A DNA stretch of 64,000 nucleotides from assembly GCA_964549075.1 (NCBI GenBank), contig CAZJUB010000003.1:24283-88282 (forward strand), read 5' to 3'. The stretch comes from an uncultured archaeon. GTDB taxonomy: Archaea; Asgardarchaeota; Heimdallarchaeia; Heimdallarchaeales; Heimdallarchaeaceae. The notes under the pieces are model-generated. The model made no database searches. It worked only from the letters and a program-made list of their open reading frames with translations, and had not been told where the DNA came from. Both the position numbers and the translations under genes were made by a program. This document shows, piece by piece, positions 46,653-55,395 of the stretch. How positions within the stretch are numbered: the stretch's first letter is position 1; the number at the start of each line of letters is the position of its first letter.

Positions 46653-48063
46653 AGAATCAAGTAAACCTACTAGACCTCCAAGGGTGAAGATGCAAGAACA
46701 ACCACCAGAAATTAGAGCTAAAAACTTCTTAGAGGTACCATATGGCTATACACCTGAAGAAGCTGTATTGGAAGCACAACGTTGTTTAAATTGTAAGAAA
46801 CCTAAATGTATGGAAGGATGTCCTGTAAGTGTAAAAATTCCTGAATTTGTCGCTCTCATTGTAGAAAGCAAATTTATTGATGCAGCTAAGAAAATCAAAG
46901 AAACCAATGTTTTACCTGCTGTTTGTGGAAGAGTGTGTCCACAAGAGTCTCAATGTGAAGGCTCTTGTATTCTAGGTAGAAGATTTGAGCCTGTAGCTAT
47001 AGGAAATCTTGAACGTTTTGTTGCTGATTATCAGAGATTAGCTGGTGAGTTGGAATTGCCAAAAATACCTCCATCAAATGGTAAGAAAATAGCAGTTATT
47101 GGTTCCGGTCCTTCTGGTTTGACTGTTGCTGGTGATTTAATCCTACTCGGATATGAAGTCACTATTTTTGAAGCATTTCATAAAGGAGGAGGGGTTTTAG
47201 TATACGGTATTCCGGAGTTTAGGTTACCCAAAGAAATAGTGGAATCAGAACTCGATTATCTAGAAAAACTAGGTGCTAAATTCAGCTTTAATCATGTTAT
47301 TGGTACAATTAAGACTATAGATGAGTTGTTTGAAAAAGATGGCTTTGATGCAGTTTACATAGGAGTAGGTGCTGGTTTACCTTCTTTCATGAACATCCCT
47401 GGTGAAAATCTTACTGGAGTCTATTCAGCAAATGAATATCTTACTCGCTCTAATTTAATGAAAGCTTATCTTTTCCCAAAATATGATACTCCCATTTTGA
47501 AAGGAAAACATGTCACTGTTGTAGGTGGAGGTAATGTTGCAATGGATTCTGCTAGAACAGCTCTTCGTTTAGATTCAGAAAATGTAACTCTAGTTTATCG
47601 TCGTGCTAAAGAACAGATGCCAGCTCGTGCAGAGGAGCTACATCATGCTGAACAAGAAGGTGTAATCTTAAAACTCCTTTCAAATCCAGTTGAAATCTTT
47701 GGCGATGAAGACGGTAATGTTACAAGAATCAAATGTCAAAAATATGAACTTGGAGAACCTGATGATTCTGGCAGAAGAAGACCTATACCTGTTGAAGGAG
47801 AATATTTTGAATTTGATACTGATATGGTAGTTATCGCAATAGGTGGGAACGCAAATCCCCTTATTACTGCAACAACTCCTGAGCTTGAAACAAATAAGTG
47901 GGGATATATCGTAACTGATGAGTCAGGAAGAACCAGTAAGAAATTTGTTTATGCTGGAGGAGATATAGTTACAGGTTCGGCAACCGTAATCTCAGCAATG
48001 GGTGCCGGAAGACGAGCTGCAGAAGCTATTCATCAAGACCTTTCAGAAAAGGAAGAAGATTAA
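46645..48063 (+). CDS. nfnB: NfnB/SudA (GltD-like) NADP-binding flavoprotein
   Basis: RCLNCKKPKC..GCP, CGRVCPQESQCE, GSGPSG, YGIPEFRLPK, GGGNVAMD and AGGDIVTG; start follows a GGTGA ribosome-binding site. Confidence 0.92.
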   Translation: MTEESSKPTRPPRVKMQEQPPEIRAKNFLEVPYGYTPEEAVLEAQRCLNCKKPKCMEGCPVSVKIPEFVALIVESKFIDAAKKIKETNVLPAVCGRVCPQESQCEGSCILGRRFEPVAIGNLERFVADYQRLAGELELPKIPPSNGKKIAVIGSGPSGLTVAGDLILLGYEVTIFEAFHKGGGVLVYGIPEFRLPKEIVESELDYLEKLGAKFSFNHVIGTIKTIDELFEKDGFDAVYIGVGAGLPSFMNIPGENLTGVYSANEYLTRSNLMKAYLFPKYDTPILKGKHVTVVGGGNVAMDSARTALRLDSENVTLVYRRAKEQMPARAEELHHAEQEGVILKLLSNPVEIFGDEDGNVTRIKCQKYELGEPDDSGRRRPIPVEGEYFEFDTDMVVIAIGGNANPLITATTPELETNKWGYIVTDESGRTSKKFVYAGGDIVTGSATVISAMGAGRRAAEAIHQDLSEKEED

Positions 48064-48102
48064 TTTTTTCTTTTTTGTTCTTCTTTTCTTTCTTTTCATT
48101 AT
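48064..48102 (+). terminator. Probable U-rich terminator of the nuoEFG-nfnAB operon
   Basis: Long T/C run immediately after the nfnB stop codon. Confidence 0.55.
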
Positions 48103-48163
48103 TTGCTTAGCAAAATCCTTGTAAGTACAAAAGAATTATTAGTAAGTTTATTATAGTTATACC

Positions 48164-49126
48164 ATGAATCCTTCTGATGATTTTTATGGCGATTTAGGCA
48201 TTATAGGCGGTGGAGTCGGGGGAATGGGTGCTGCGATAATCGCAGCATATAAGGGTTTAAAAGTAACAGTTTTCGAGGGAGGAAATCTTGGTGGTATCGT
48301 TAATACTTTATACGGACGGAAAATTCTAGAAAACTATCCCGGTTCTCCAAGTATTTTAAGTAGAAGATTGATAGATGAATTTGAAATTCAAATTGAAGAA
48401 GTTCAAGCTGAAGTTAAGCATGAAAGAGTTATTGATGTAAAAAAATCTGATGACATTCTTACAATTGTGACTCATGAAGGAGAATATACCTTTAGGTGTA
48501 TCATTATTGCAACTGGTTCTAGTCCTTCTGAACTAGGAATTGAAAATGAGAGGAGATTTAAGCTTAAAAACAGAGGAGTATACAATTTCGTTACTGATCC
48601 GGAACTGTTCAAAGGATCATCTGTTTTGGTGGTGGGAGGAGGAGATACAGCAATCGATGCTGTCTATATGCTTGCTAAGGACGCTAAAAAAATATACCTT
48701 GTTCATAGAAGAGATAGTTTTAGAGCTGCTGAAACTAAAGTAGATGACATTATAAATGATAATTTAGCTGAAATTATCTATAACCATCAGCTTATTGAAC
48801 TTAATGGAGATGATGTATTAGAAAAAGCAGTAATTCAAGATATTAATACTAATATGAAAAGAGAGCTTAAAGTTGATAAATGTATCTTAGCAGTAGGAAT
48901 GCATACAAACTTGGAACTTTTTAAGAATTTGGGACTTAAAACTGATAGAAAATTTATAATAGTTGACAGTGATATGAGAACCAATATTCCTGGTATTTTT
49001 GCAGTGGGGGATATTGTTTCTAATCGATATCAGTTAATAGTAATAGCTGTTGCTCAAGGAGCTATAGCTGCACATAATGCTTTTGGTATGATAAGAAAAC
49101 CATACTGGTATAAAGATGATGAATAG
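48164..49126 (+). CDS. Thioredoxin reductase-like FAD/NAD(P) oxidoreductase lacking CxxC (TrxB-type ferredoxin-NADP reductase-like)
   Basis: GGGVGG, IATGS, GGGDTA, VHRRD.FRA and FAVGD; GVYNFVTD sits where CATC would be. Confidence 0.8.
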   Translation: MNPSDDFYGDLGIIGGGVGGMGAAIIAAYKGLKVTVFEGGNLGGIVNTLYGRKILENYPGSPSILSRRLIDEFEIQIEEVQAEVKHERVIDVKKSDDILTIVTHEGEYTFRCIIIATGSSPSELGIENERRFKLKNRGVYNFVTDPELFKGSSVLVVGGGDTAIDAVYMLAKDAKKIYLVHRRDSFRAAETKVDDIINDNLAEIIYNHQLIELNGDDVLEKAVIQDINTNMKRELKVDKCILAVGMHTNLELFKNLGLKTDRKFIIVDSDMRTNIPGIFAVGDIVSNRYQLIVIAVAQGAIAAHNAFGMIRKPYWYKDDE

Positions 49127-49202
49127 CCAACTGAAATTTGATAGTTTCATCTATTTTTTGTTATTCCAATTGTTTTTTATGTAAGTGCTTTTAGTTAAAT
49201 CT

Positions 49203-49763
49203 ATGGATTTATTCTCAAGAATCGCAAGCATCTACGATAAAATTATTAGAGGTTTTGCTTTAGAAACTATACGAGAATTTCTTCAATTAAATCCTGATGA
49301 ATTACTTTTAGATCTTGGTGGAGGAACAGGCCGATTATCCACAGAGTTGGATAATCAATCTAATGGCTGTATAATTCTTGATAGATCTTTTGAAATGTTG
49401 CAACAAGCTTCGCAAAAATCAAAGCAATTGCTAATTGTACAAGGTGTAGGTGAAAATCTACCTTTTAAGGAGAATTCAATTCCTCAAATTTTTTTAAACG
49501 ATACTCTACATCATATTCATTTCCAGAATGATACAATTGCAAATTGCTATAATATACTAAAACCTGAAGGTCGCTTGTTCATTAGAGAATATGATCCAGA
49601 CCAATGGAGAACAAGATTTTTGATTTTTTTTGAATGGGTTCTTCGATTTGGCAGTACCTTTCTTTCTCCATACAAGTTAGAAGAGATTTGCCAAAATTGT
49701 GGTTTTTCTGTTGAGTGGCAACGTTTGAGTAAGTCTACCTACATGTTATCTGCTAAAAAATAA
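49203..49763 (+). CDS. Class I SAM-dependent methyltransferase
   Basis: LLDLGGGTG, D.S.EML, ENLPF, LHH and LKPEG. Confidence 0.88.
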   Translation: MDLFSRIASIYDKIIRGFALETIREFLQLNPDELLLDLGGGTGRLSTELDNQSNGCIILDRSFEMLQQASQKSKQLLIVQGVGENLPFKENSIPQIFLNDTLHHIHFQNDTIANCYNILKPEGRLFIREYDPDQWRTRFLIFFEWVLRFGSTFLSPYKLEEICQNCGFSVEWQRLSKSTYMLSAKK

Positions 49764-49797
49764 CCTATACTGAGATTTTGTCATGCTTGTGAAATCT

Positions 49798-50517
49798 CTA
49801 ATGCAGGAGAAAAAGTAGATATAAGGAAGCAGCAACTGCTGCAGGTAAGGTCACATTGTCTATAAAACTGAAACTGAACGCTTCTATTGTCACAGCAATT
49901 ATGGCTACTACTACCATCTTCCACCAAACACCAGGAAGTCCAAGCATCTGATAGACTCCAAAGGCAATAATTAAACCAATAAATGTTCCTACAAAAACTG
50001 CTAAAGAACCTTCTACACTTTTTTGGTTGAAGATTTTATATTTTAATCTACCAAAAGGTCTTCCTATCATCTCACCAAGTCCATCTCCTAAACTGACTGT
50101 TAGGTATGCTGCAGTAAATACAAATAACCTATCTTCTTCTTTGAAGAACCACAGGATTAAAAGCATAGTAATACCCATCAAAATAGCATTAATAAATAGT
50201 TCCCAAGGGAAATTTTCTTTTCTTGAACACATTTTGAATATTCTTTGTAAGAACCAAATAGGTGGAATAGCAGATAAAATTAGAATGACCCCTATAGCAA
50301 TTGCTAAAGATATGATTAAATCAAAGAAATTGTTAAAAAGAAGAGGATAGAATGCTGCGACAGCATTTACAATCATATGACCTATTTTTCTTATTTGCCA
50401 TCTTTCAAGACCAAGCATTTTCAAAATAAATACAGTACTAAGTGCTGCTAAGATGATTAATACTGCTATACTTATCATTAACCAGTTATGTGGAGCTATA
50501 TCAACACTTAATCCCAT
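49798..50517 (-). CDS. CTP-dependent polyprenol/diacylglycerol kinase (dolichol/phytol kinase family)
   Basis: RKIGH, GDGLGEMIG, KSVEGS and DNVTLP; multi-TM. Confidence 0.85.
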   Translation of the reverse strand: MGLSVDIAPHNWLMISIAVLIILAALSTVFILKMLGLERWQIRKIGHMIVNAVAAFYPLLFNNFFDLIISLAIAIGVILILSAIPPIWFLQRIFKMCSRKENFPWELFINAILMGITMLLILWFFKEEDRLFVFTAAYLTVSLGDGLGEMIGRPFGRLKYKIFNQKSVEGSLAVFVGTFIGLIIAFGVYQMLGLPGVWWKMVVVAIIAVTIEAFSFSFIDNVTLPAAVAASLYLLFLLH

Positions 50518-50530
50518 TCTTAGTCCTATC

Positions 50531-51073
50531 CTACGGTTTGCATATTAATTCTTTTAGTTTCATATCAAAGAACATTTGGGAATGTGCTGGTTTAATTACC
50601 CATGCTGTGTCTGCTCCTCTTCCAGTCCCTCCAATTGCTATTAAATCTTCCATTTCAATTGCTCCTGCATCAGCTGCCATCATAACTATCTCTGCACAAA
50701 CCTTGGTTCCTTGACCTAAAATACGAAGAGTTTCAGCAATTATCTCAGTAGTCATCCAAGTATCGTGTTTTTTACGGATTGCTCGATCAACACCTGCAAG
50801 AGCATGAGTGGCTGTTACCACAGTTACACCTTTATTTTTTAATTCTTCAACTACTTCCTTAGGAACTTCTAATACTCCAGGTTCTCGAAATCCTGCTTGA
50901 TGAGTTACAGCTATTAATTTTACTTCTTTAAATATATCCACAGCTTTTAAAGCGGTTTTTCCTGAAGTTGTAGCTACAATAACTTGTCTAATATCCCCTT
51001 TTTTTATTCGTTTTAAAACTTCTGTAAACACTTCATTAGTATAGTCACCAGGTTTGGGAAAATGAACAGCCAT
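50531..51073 (-). CDS. Pyruvate kinase C-terminal-like (PK_C/DUF1867) protein
   Basis: VATTSG.TA, VTHQAG, GQGTKVCAEI.MMAADAG and GGTGRGADTA. Confidence 0.85.
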   Translation of the reverse strand: MAVHFPKPGDYTNEVFTEVLKRIKKGDIRQVIVATTSGKTALKAVDIFKEVKLIAVTHQAGFREPGVLEVPKEVVEELKNKGVTVVTATHALAGVDRAIRKKHDTWMTTEIIAETLRILGQGTKVCAEIVMMAADAGAIEMEDLIAIGGTGRGADTAWVIKPAHSQMFFDMKLKELICKP

Positions 51074-51198
51074 AAGTTTAATTCATGAAACAGGTTTATA
51101 TTTTTTTAGCAATATATTCATGATGCTAATTCTCTCTGTTTCCAAAAAATACAACAATTTTGAAAACACTTATAGATAACTAAAATAAAATTAACTCA

Positions 51199-51606
51199 AT
51201 GAGTATTACTTTTGAGCTTGACCAAGGAAAAACAAATGCTGTTCTCATTAGTTCTAGAAAGATAATGCTCAATAAAGGTCAAGTGGAAATTTTCGAAAAA
51301 CTACTTGATTGTGTCTTTAATGCTATTCCGAGTATGAATAAAGGCACATTGGAAGCTCTACTAAAACTTTCTTGTAGAGATTGGGAAAAGGAAAAAGTAA
51401 GACCTATCAACGAATTTAGGTTCATACATGCAAATGAGCGAATGAAGGCTTTTGATGAGATACTCGTACAATTTTTCTTAAGATTCAGAGAATTACTAAC
51501 AGGTTCTCTAAATGCTGAAACAGTTTCCTTTCTACGTAATGCAATTTTAACAAATTACAAAGATTTCCTCGAAGCAGAAGGATATGTTGTAGATTATGTT
51601 CCTTAA
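51199..51606 (+). CDS. Hypothetical protein
   Basis: 135-aa ATG-initiated ORF filling the gap; no recognised motif. Confidence 0.6.
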   Translation: MSITFELDQGKTNAVLISSRKIMLNKGQVEIFEKLLDCVFNAIPSMNKGTLEALLKLSCRDWEKEKVRPINEFRFIHANERMKAFDEILVQFFLRFRELLTGSLNAETVSFLRNAILTNYKDFLEAEGYVVDYVP

Positions 51607-51680
51607 AATACTATTTTTCTAATAGTTTTTCAACAAACAATAAATACTAGTTGAACATTCGGGTGGTTAAAGGTGTTTTT

Positions 51681-54299
51681 ATGAATAAGAAAATTACACT
51701 ATCCTTAGTCATTAGTTTACTTGTTATGTTTGTATTCAGTTCTGTAATATCGCTAACTAAAGCTGATGTCACTATCGATCTTTTAGTTGTTGGTAATGGT
51801 ATTGATAATGATTTCATGCAGCGATTAGAATTGGATCCTCAATTTGTTATTACTGTTGATACAGAGGTGGGAACTGACATTAGTGCATATGATTCGGTGT
51901 TGATTTTTGACTATGCTCCCACACCTTCTGAGGTTTCTTTATTAGATTCTTTCGCGGGTGGAATTGCTATTTTTATCTATGAAAATCTTTCATCTGATGC
52001 TACGTTGTTGGTTTCATTAGGACTTGCATCTGCTAGTACAGGTTCAATTGAAACTGGAGATTCATTACCTATTCCAGTAAATCTCTCTTATTCACATCCT
52101 ATTATTAACGATATTCCTTGGAATTCAGTACCTATGATAACCAATTATACTACGGTTCCTCTTGCAGGAACTATTTTGGTGGAAGCCTCAGAAGCTAGCG
52201 CTAATCCCGAACTTGCTTTAATCAGTACAACAGATAATAACAGGTTGATTGCATTCAATATGATTCCTATATTCAGCATAAATCCAGAATTGATTGAGTG
52301 GCCATACTTCAACTATATGTTATATCTCACTATCATGACTATAAATGGTGAAACAGTTGAAACATATGCAAATTGGGATTATTCGCCTGTTCCTCATTCC
52401 ACAGCAACTATAGTTCTTGGAGTTTCTGTTATTTTAACTATTATTGTTACTGTGATTGGTATCGTCTTCGCAAAGAGATACTCGAAAAATACTCCAATTC
52501 ACGAAAAAGATCTCAAGGAAATCAGTAAAAGTGAAAAAACTGAGAAATGGGAAGAAGTGGGAATGCATCGGCAACTTGGTGGATTTTTAGTTCAATTGTT
52601 TGTTGGTCTATTAATAATATTGCCTAATGCAGTTATGTCAGCTTTAGTGTTTCCCTTACTAATACTTCCAAGCCCTCAAGCTGTAGGTTTTTATGATTAC
52701 ACAATCAAGTTTTTTGAGGCTTTATGGTTATTCTTTGACTTTGGTACGTCAGTAGTACTAGTGAAATTCTTTAGTGAACATAGAGTTAAGCGTCCAGATC
52801 ATGCAATAAAGTATGTTCAATTATTTGTCTGGTTTCAGATGCTATCAGGGATAGCACAATTGTTCTTAATATCATTTTTAGGTTCGATGATTTTTCCAAA
52901 AACTTTTCTAGCTCACATGTCTTGGTTGTTCGTAACACACGCTTTCTTCCAATGGCCTGCATTTTTCTTGGTTTTCATGTACCTTTTCCAAGCTATGAAT
53001 AGGATTGATTATTTCCAAATCTTAAACATACTCTTGTATGGTGTTTTCAACATAACAGTACAATATCTAGTTGTAGTTCTTTTCAGATTTACTTTAGGGA
53101 ATAATCCCATCTTTGGAGACGGATTAGCAGGAGCTATAGGATACAGTGTGGGATTTTATGTCATTCAAGTGTTAACGTTCTTTGTCGGTCTTTGGATGTT
53201 CAAACGGCTTGGGTTCTCACTGAAAACGATTTTCAGAATAGATTTTACGTGGGCAGAAATAAAAGAAGCCTTCAAATTTGGAACTAAGTGGATGGTAGGT
53301 GCAATATTACCACCTTTAGGATGGTTTATTCAACTCTTCCTCTTGTCTACCTTTTTACCAAATTATACACAACAACAAGGATATTTCTCAATAGCTTGGA
53401 ACTTCGCAACAATAGTTATGCTTGTAGGTTTATTTGCAAATGGATTCCTTCCCGCGATTTCTGAATCTTATCATGCAAAGAAACAAGCTTTAACTAGATA
53501 TTATTCAGTGAGCTCGCTCAAATGGAGTGCTTATTTTGACTGGTATCTAGTAGCGACGTTGGCGGCAGTAGGCTGGAGATTTATAATCGGAGGTGCAGGA
53601 GAAGAATGGAAACCTGCAGCAGGTTTGATTATATGGTTCTTGTTCTTCCATTCAATAGGTTATTTCTCATGGCTAGGTGATTGGCATTTTGCGGGTTCTG
53701 ACAGACCCGGATGGGCTGCTATAAGTTGGGTGATAGAACAAAGTATACGCGCAGGTTTACTAGCTGCCTTTATACCACTGCATGTGTGGTTTACAAAAAC
53801 CTTTGGTTCCCCTATGGTCTCTATCATGTTTGCTTACTTCCCTGCTTTAATCATCAAAAACATCTTCATGTGGATAATGATAAGAAGAAACGATTATTTC
53901 AAATTCAAGTGGAAAGATCTCTATTGGCAAGGTATAATAGCTCCTCTAATATCAGCTGGAATCCTATTTGGAATTTTCGAAGGATTGTTCCGTCTAATTT
54001 GGCAAGGTGAGATAATTACTTCTGTTGTAATATTACTTATAGGCACGCTTGGAGGTCTTTATCTTTATGCCTTTATTGCTAGTTGGTTTGGAACTTTTGA
54101 TGATAATACCTTAGGCGAGCTTAAAAAAGCATGTGACTTAGCTGGTGGCCTTAAATTTATGGCCAAACCACTCTATAAAATGACAGAATGGGGAGCAAAA
54201 GTATCTCCTTTGCATAATAAGTTCAAAATTTCTATTTTTGAAGAAGCTGCACAAGAAGCAGTTCAACTCACAGAAGAAAAGGCTCAGTTAATCATTTAA
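51681..54299 (+). CDS. MOP/MATE-superfamily (Wzx/MurJ-like) flippase with N-terminal extracellular domain
   Basis: Signal peptide, about 210-aa acidic soluble domain, a TM, then about 14 TMs with FDFGTS..LVKFFSE and FLPAISESY motifs. Confidence 0.65.
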   Translation: MNKKITLSLVISLLVMFVFSSVISLTKADVTIDLLVVGNGIDNDFMQRLELDPQFVITVDTEVGTDISAYDSVLIFDYAPTPSEVSLLDSFAGGIAIFIYENLSSDATLLVSLGLASASTGSIETGDSLPIPVNLSYSHPIINDIPWNSVPMITNYTTVPLAGTILVEASEASANPELALISTTDNNRLIAFNMIPIFSINPELIEWPYFNYMLYLTIMTINGETVETYANWDYSPVPHSTATIVLGVSVILTIIVTVIGIVFAKRYSKNTPIHEKDLKEISKSEKTEKWEEVGMHRQLGGFLVQLFVGLLIILPNAVMSALVFPLLILPSPQAVGFYDYTIKFFEALWLFFDFGTSVVLVKFFSEHRVKRPDHAIKYVQLFVWFQMLSGIAQLFLISFLGSMIFPKTFLAHMSWLFVTHAFFQWPAFFLVFMYLFQAMNRIDYFQILNILLYGVFNITVQYLVVVLFRFTLGNNPIFGDGLAGAIGYSVGFYVIQVLTFFVGLWMFKRLGFSLKTIFRIDFTWAEIKEAFKFGTKWMVGAILPPLGWFIQLFLLSTFLPNYTQQQGYFSIAWNFATIVMLVGLFANGFLPAISESYHAKKQALTRYYSVSSLKWSAYFDWYLVATLAAVGWRFIIGGAGEEWKPAAGLIIWFLFFHSIGYFSWLGDWHFAGSDRPGWAAISWVIEQSIRAGLLAAFIPLHVWFTKTFGSPMVSIMFAYFPALIIKNIFMWIMIRRNDYFKFKWKDLYWQGIIAPLISAGILFGIFEGLFRLIWQGEIITSVVILLIGTLGGLYLYAFIASWFGTFDDNTLGELKKACDLAGGLKFMAKPLYKMTEWGAKVSPLHNKFKISIFEEAAQEAVQLTEEKAQLII

Positions 54300-54314
54300 C
54301 CTTTCTTCTCTTCT

Positions 54315-54797
54315 TTATTTTTTTGCATTTTTTGCTGATTTTATTGTTTTTACTATCCAATTTTCTGTATTGGAATCTTTTTCTAGTTCATCACAGTAAT
54401 CCCAGTGTTCTCCAGCTATTAAACCCATTAAAGATATTTTTTTGAATGCTCTAGGTTTTTTTGGCGCAGATGTAAAAAGAAAGAGCAATCTTGCTGCTTT
54501 ATTTCTTAACTCTTTTCTATCTAAACCTTTTGAGATGATAATTTCTTCTTCTTGGAGGGTAATAGCTACTTCTTCAACTTCAGTATTTATCGAAGCAAAC
54601 TTGGTTAGTGCTAGTAATGAAAAATTCCTAATCCAATCCATACGAGAAGAGGTAAAAGCGTGAGTATATAATGAAGATAAACAGCCATTGTATATTAGCT
54701 GACGTAAGGCTTCTCTTCTGTTATCATCTCCAGTCGAAGGAGTAGATATAATCCTATCTAAACTACCACAATCCATCAAAATATTATTTTCTTGCAA
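54315..54797 (-). CDS. Hypothetical helical (HEAT-like) protein
   Basis: RREALRQL, WIRNFSLLALTK and LRNKAARLL suggest helical repeats. Confidence 0.45.
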   Translation of the reverse strand: MQENNILMDCGSLDRIISTPSTGDDNRREALRQLIYNGCLSSLYTHAFTSSRMDWIRNFSLLALTKFASINTEVEEVAITLQEEEIIISKGLDRKELRNKAARLLFLFTSAPKKPRAFKKISLMGLIAGEHWDYCDELEKDSNTENWIVKTIKSAKNAKK

Positions 54798-54819
54798 TTA
54801 AATAAAGATTGAGAAACGG

Positions 54820-55371
54820 ATGATTGAGAAAATTTTTAACTCACTTTACAGTTCAGACATTATGGATTCTGTAACACATGGAAGTGTGGCTGTTCTTATA
54901 GGTCTGATATTCGTTCAGTTTTATACTGCACCTTTTTGGCTTCTTCTTATTGTGTTATTCGTATTTGGAATTCTACCTGATTATGATCATGTTTTCTATT
55001 ACAAGAGAAATAATCCAGATATCAAATTATGGAATATTCCTCAACTCATAAAATTTTATTTCAAAACTATTGATGATAGGGATGAATTCATATATCACAC
55101 ATGGATACATGAACCATTTGGAGTTCTGGTGGTTAGTGGATTAAGTTTCTTAATTTTTGGTTTCACTCAATATTGGTATTTAGGAATACTTGCTTCTTGT
55201 GTTTATTTCTCACATTATCTTTTAGATCTTTTGTCTGGAAAAATGAAACCTTTAGCACCTTTTACAAATAAAGTTGTTATTGACTTAAGGATTCTTCCAG
55301 CTAACTCTTTTATTATTATGTCTATAACCTTAATTGCATTTTTAACTGGTTTAATCATTTATCTGGTATGA
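54820..55371 (+). CDS. Membrane-bound metal-dependent hydrolase (YdjM-like)
   Basis: MDSVTH, LPDYDH, HTWIH and SHYLLD. Confidence 0.8.
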   Translation: MIEKIFNSLYSSDIMDSVTHGSVAVLIGLIFVQFYTAPFWLLLIVLFVFGILPDYDHVFYYKRNNPDIKLWNIPQLIKFYFKTIDDRDEFIYHTWIHEPFGVLVVSGLSFLIFGFTQYWYLGILASCVYFSHYLLDLLSGKMKPLAPFTNKVVIDLRILPANSFIIMSITLIAFLTGLIIYLV

Positions 55372-55395
55372 TTCCTGTGTTTTCTCGATAAGTTT

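Noticed and set aside
46645-48063. Glutamate synthase small subunit
   Set aside because: There is no gltB, and it is coupled to an nfnA/sudB gene, which indicates NfnAB.
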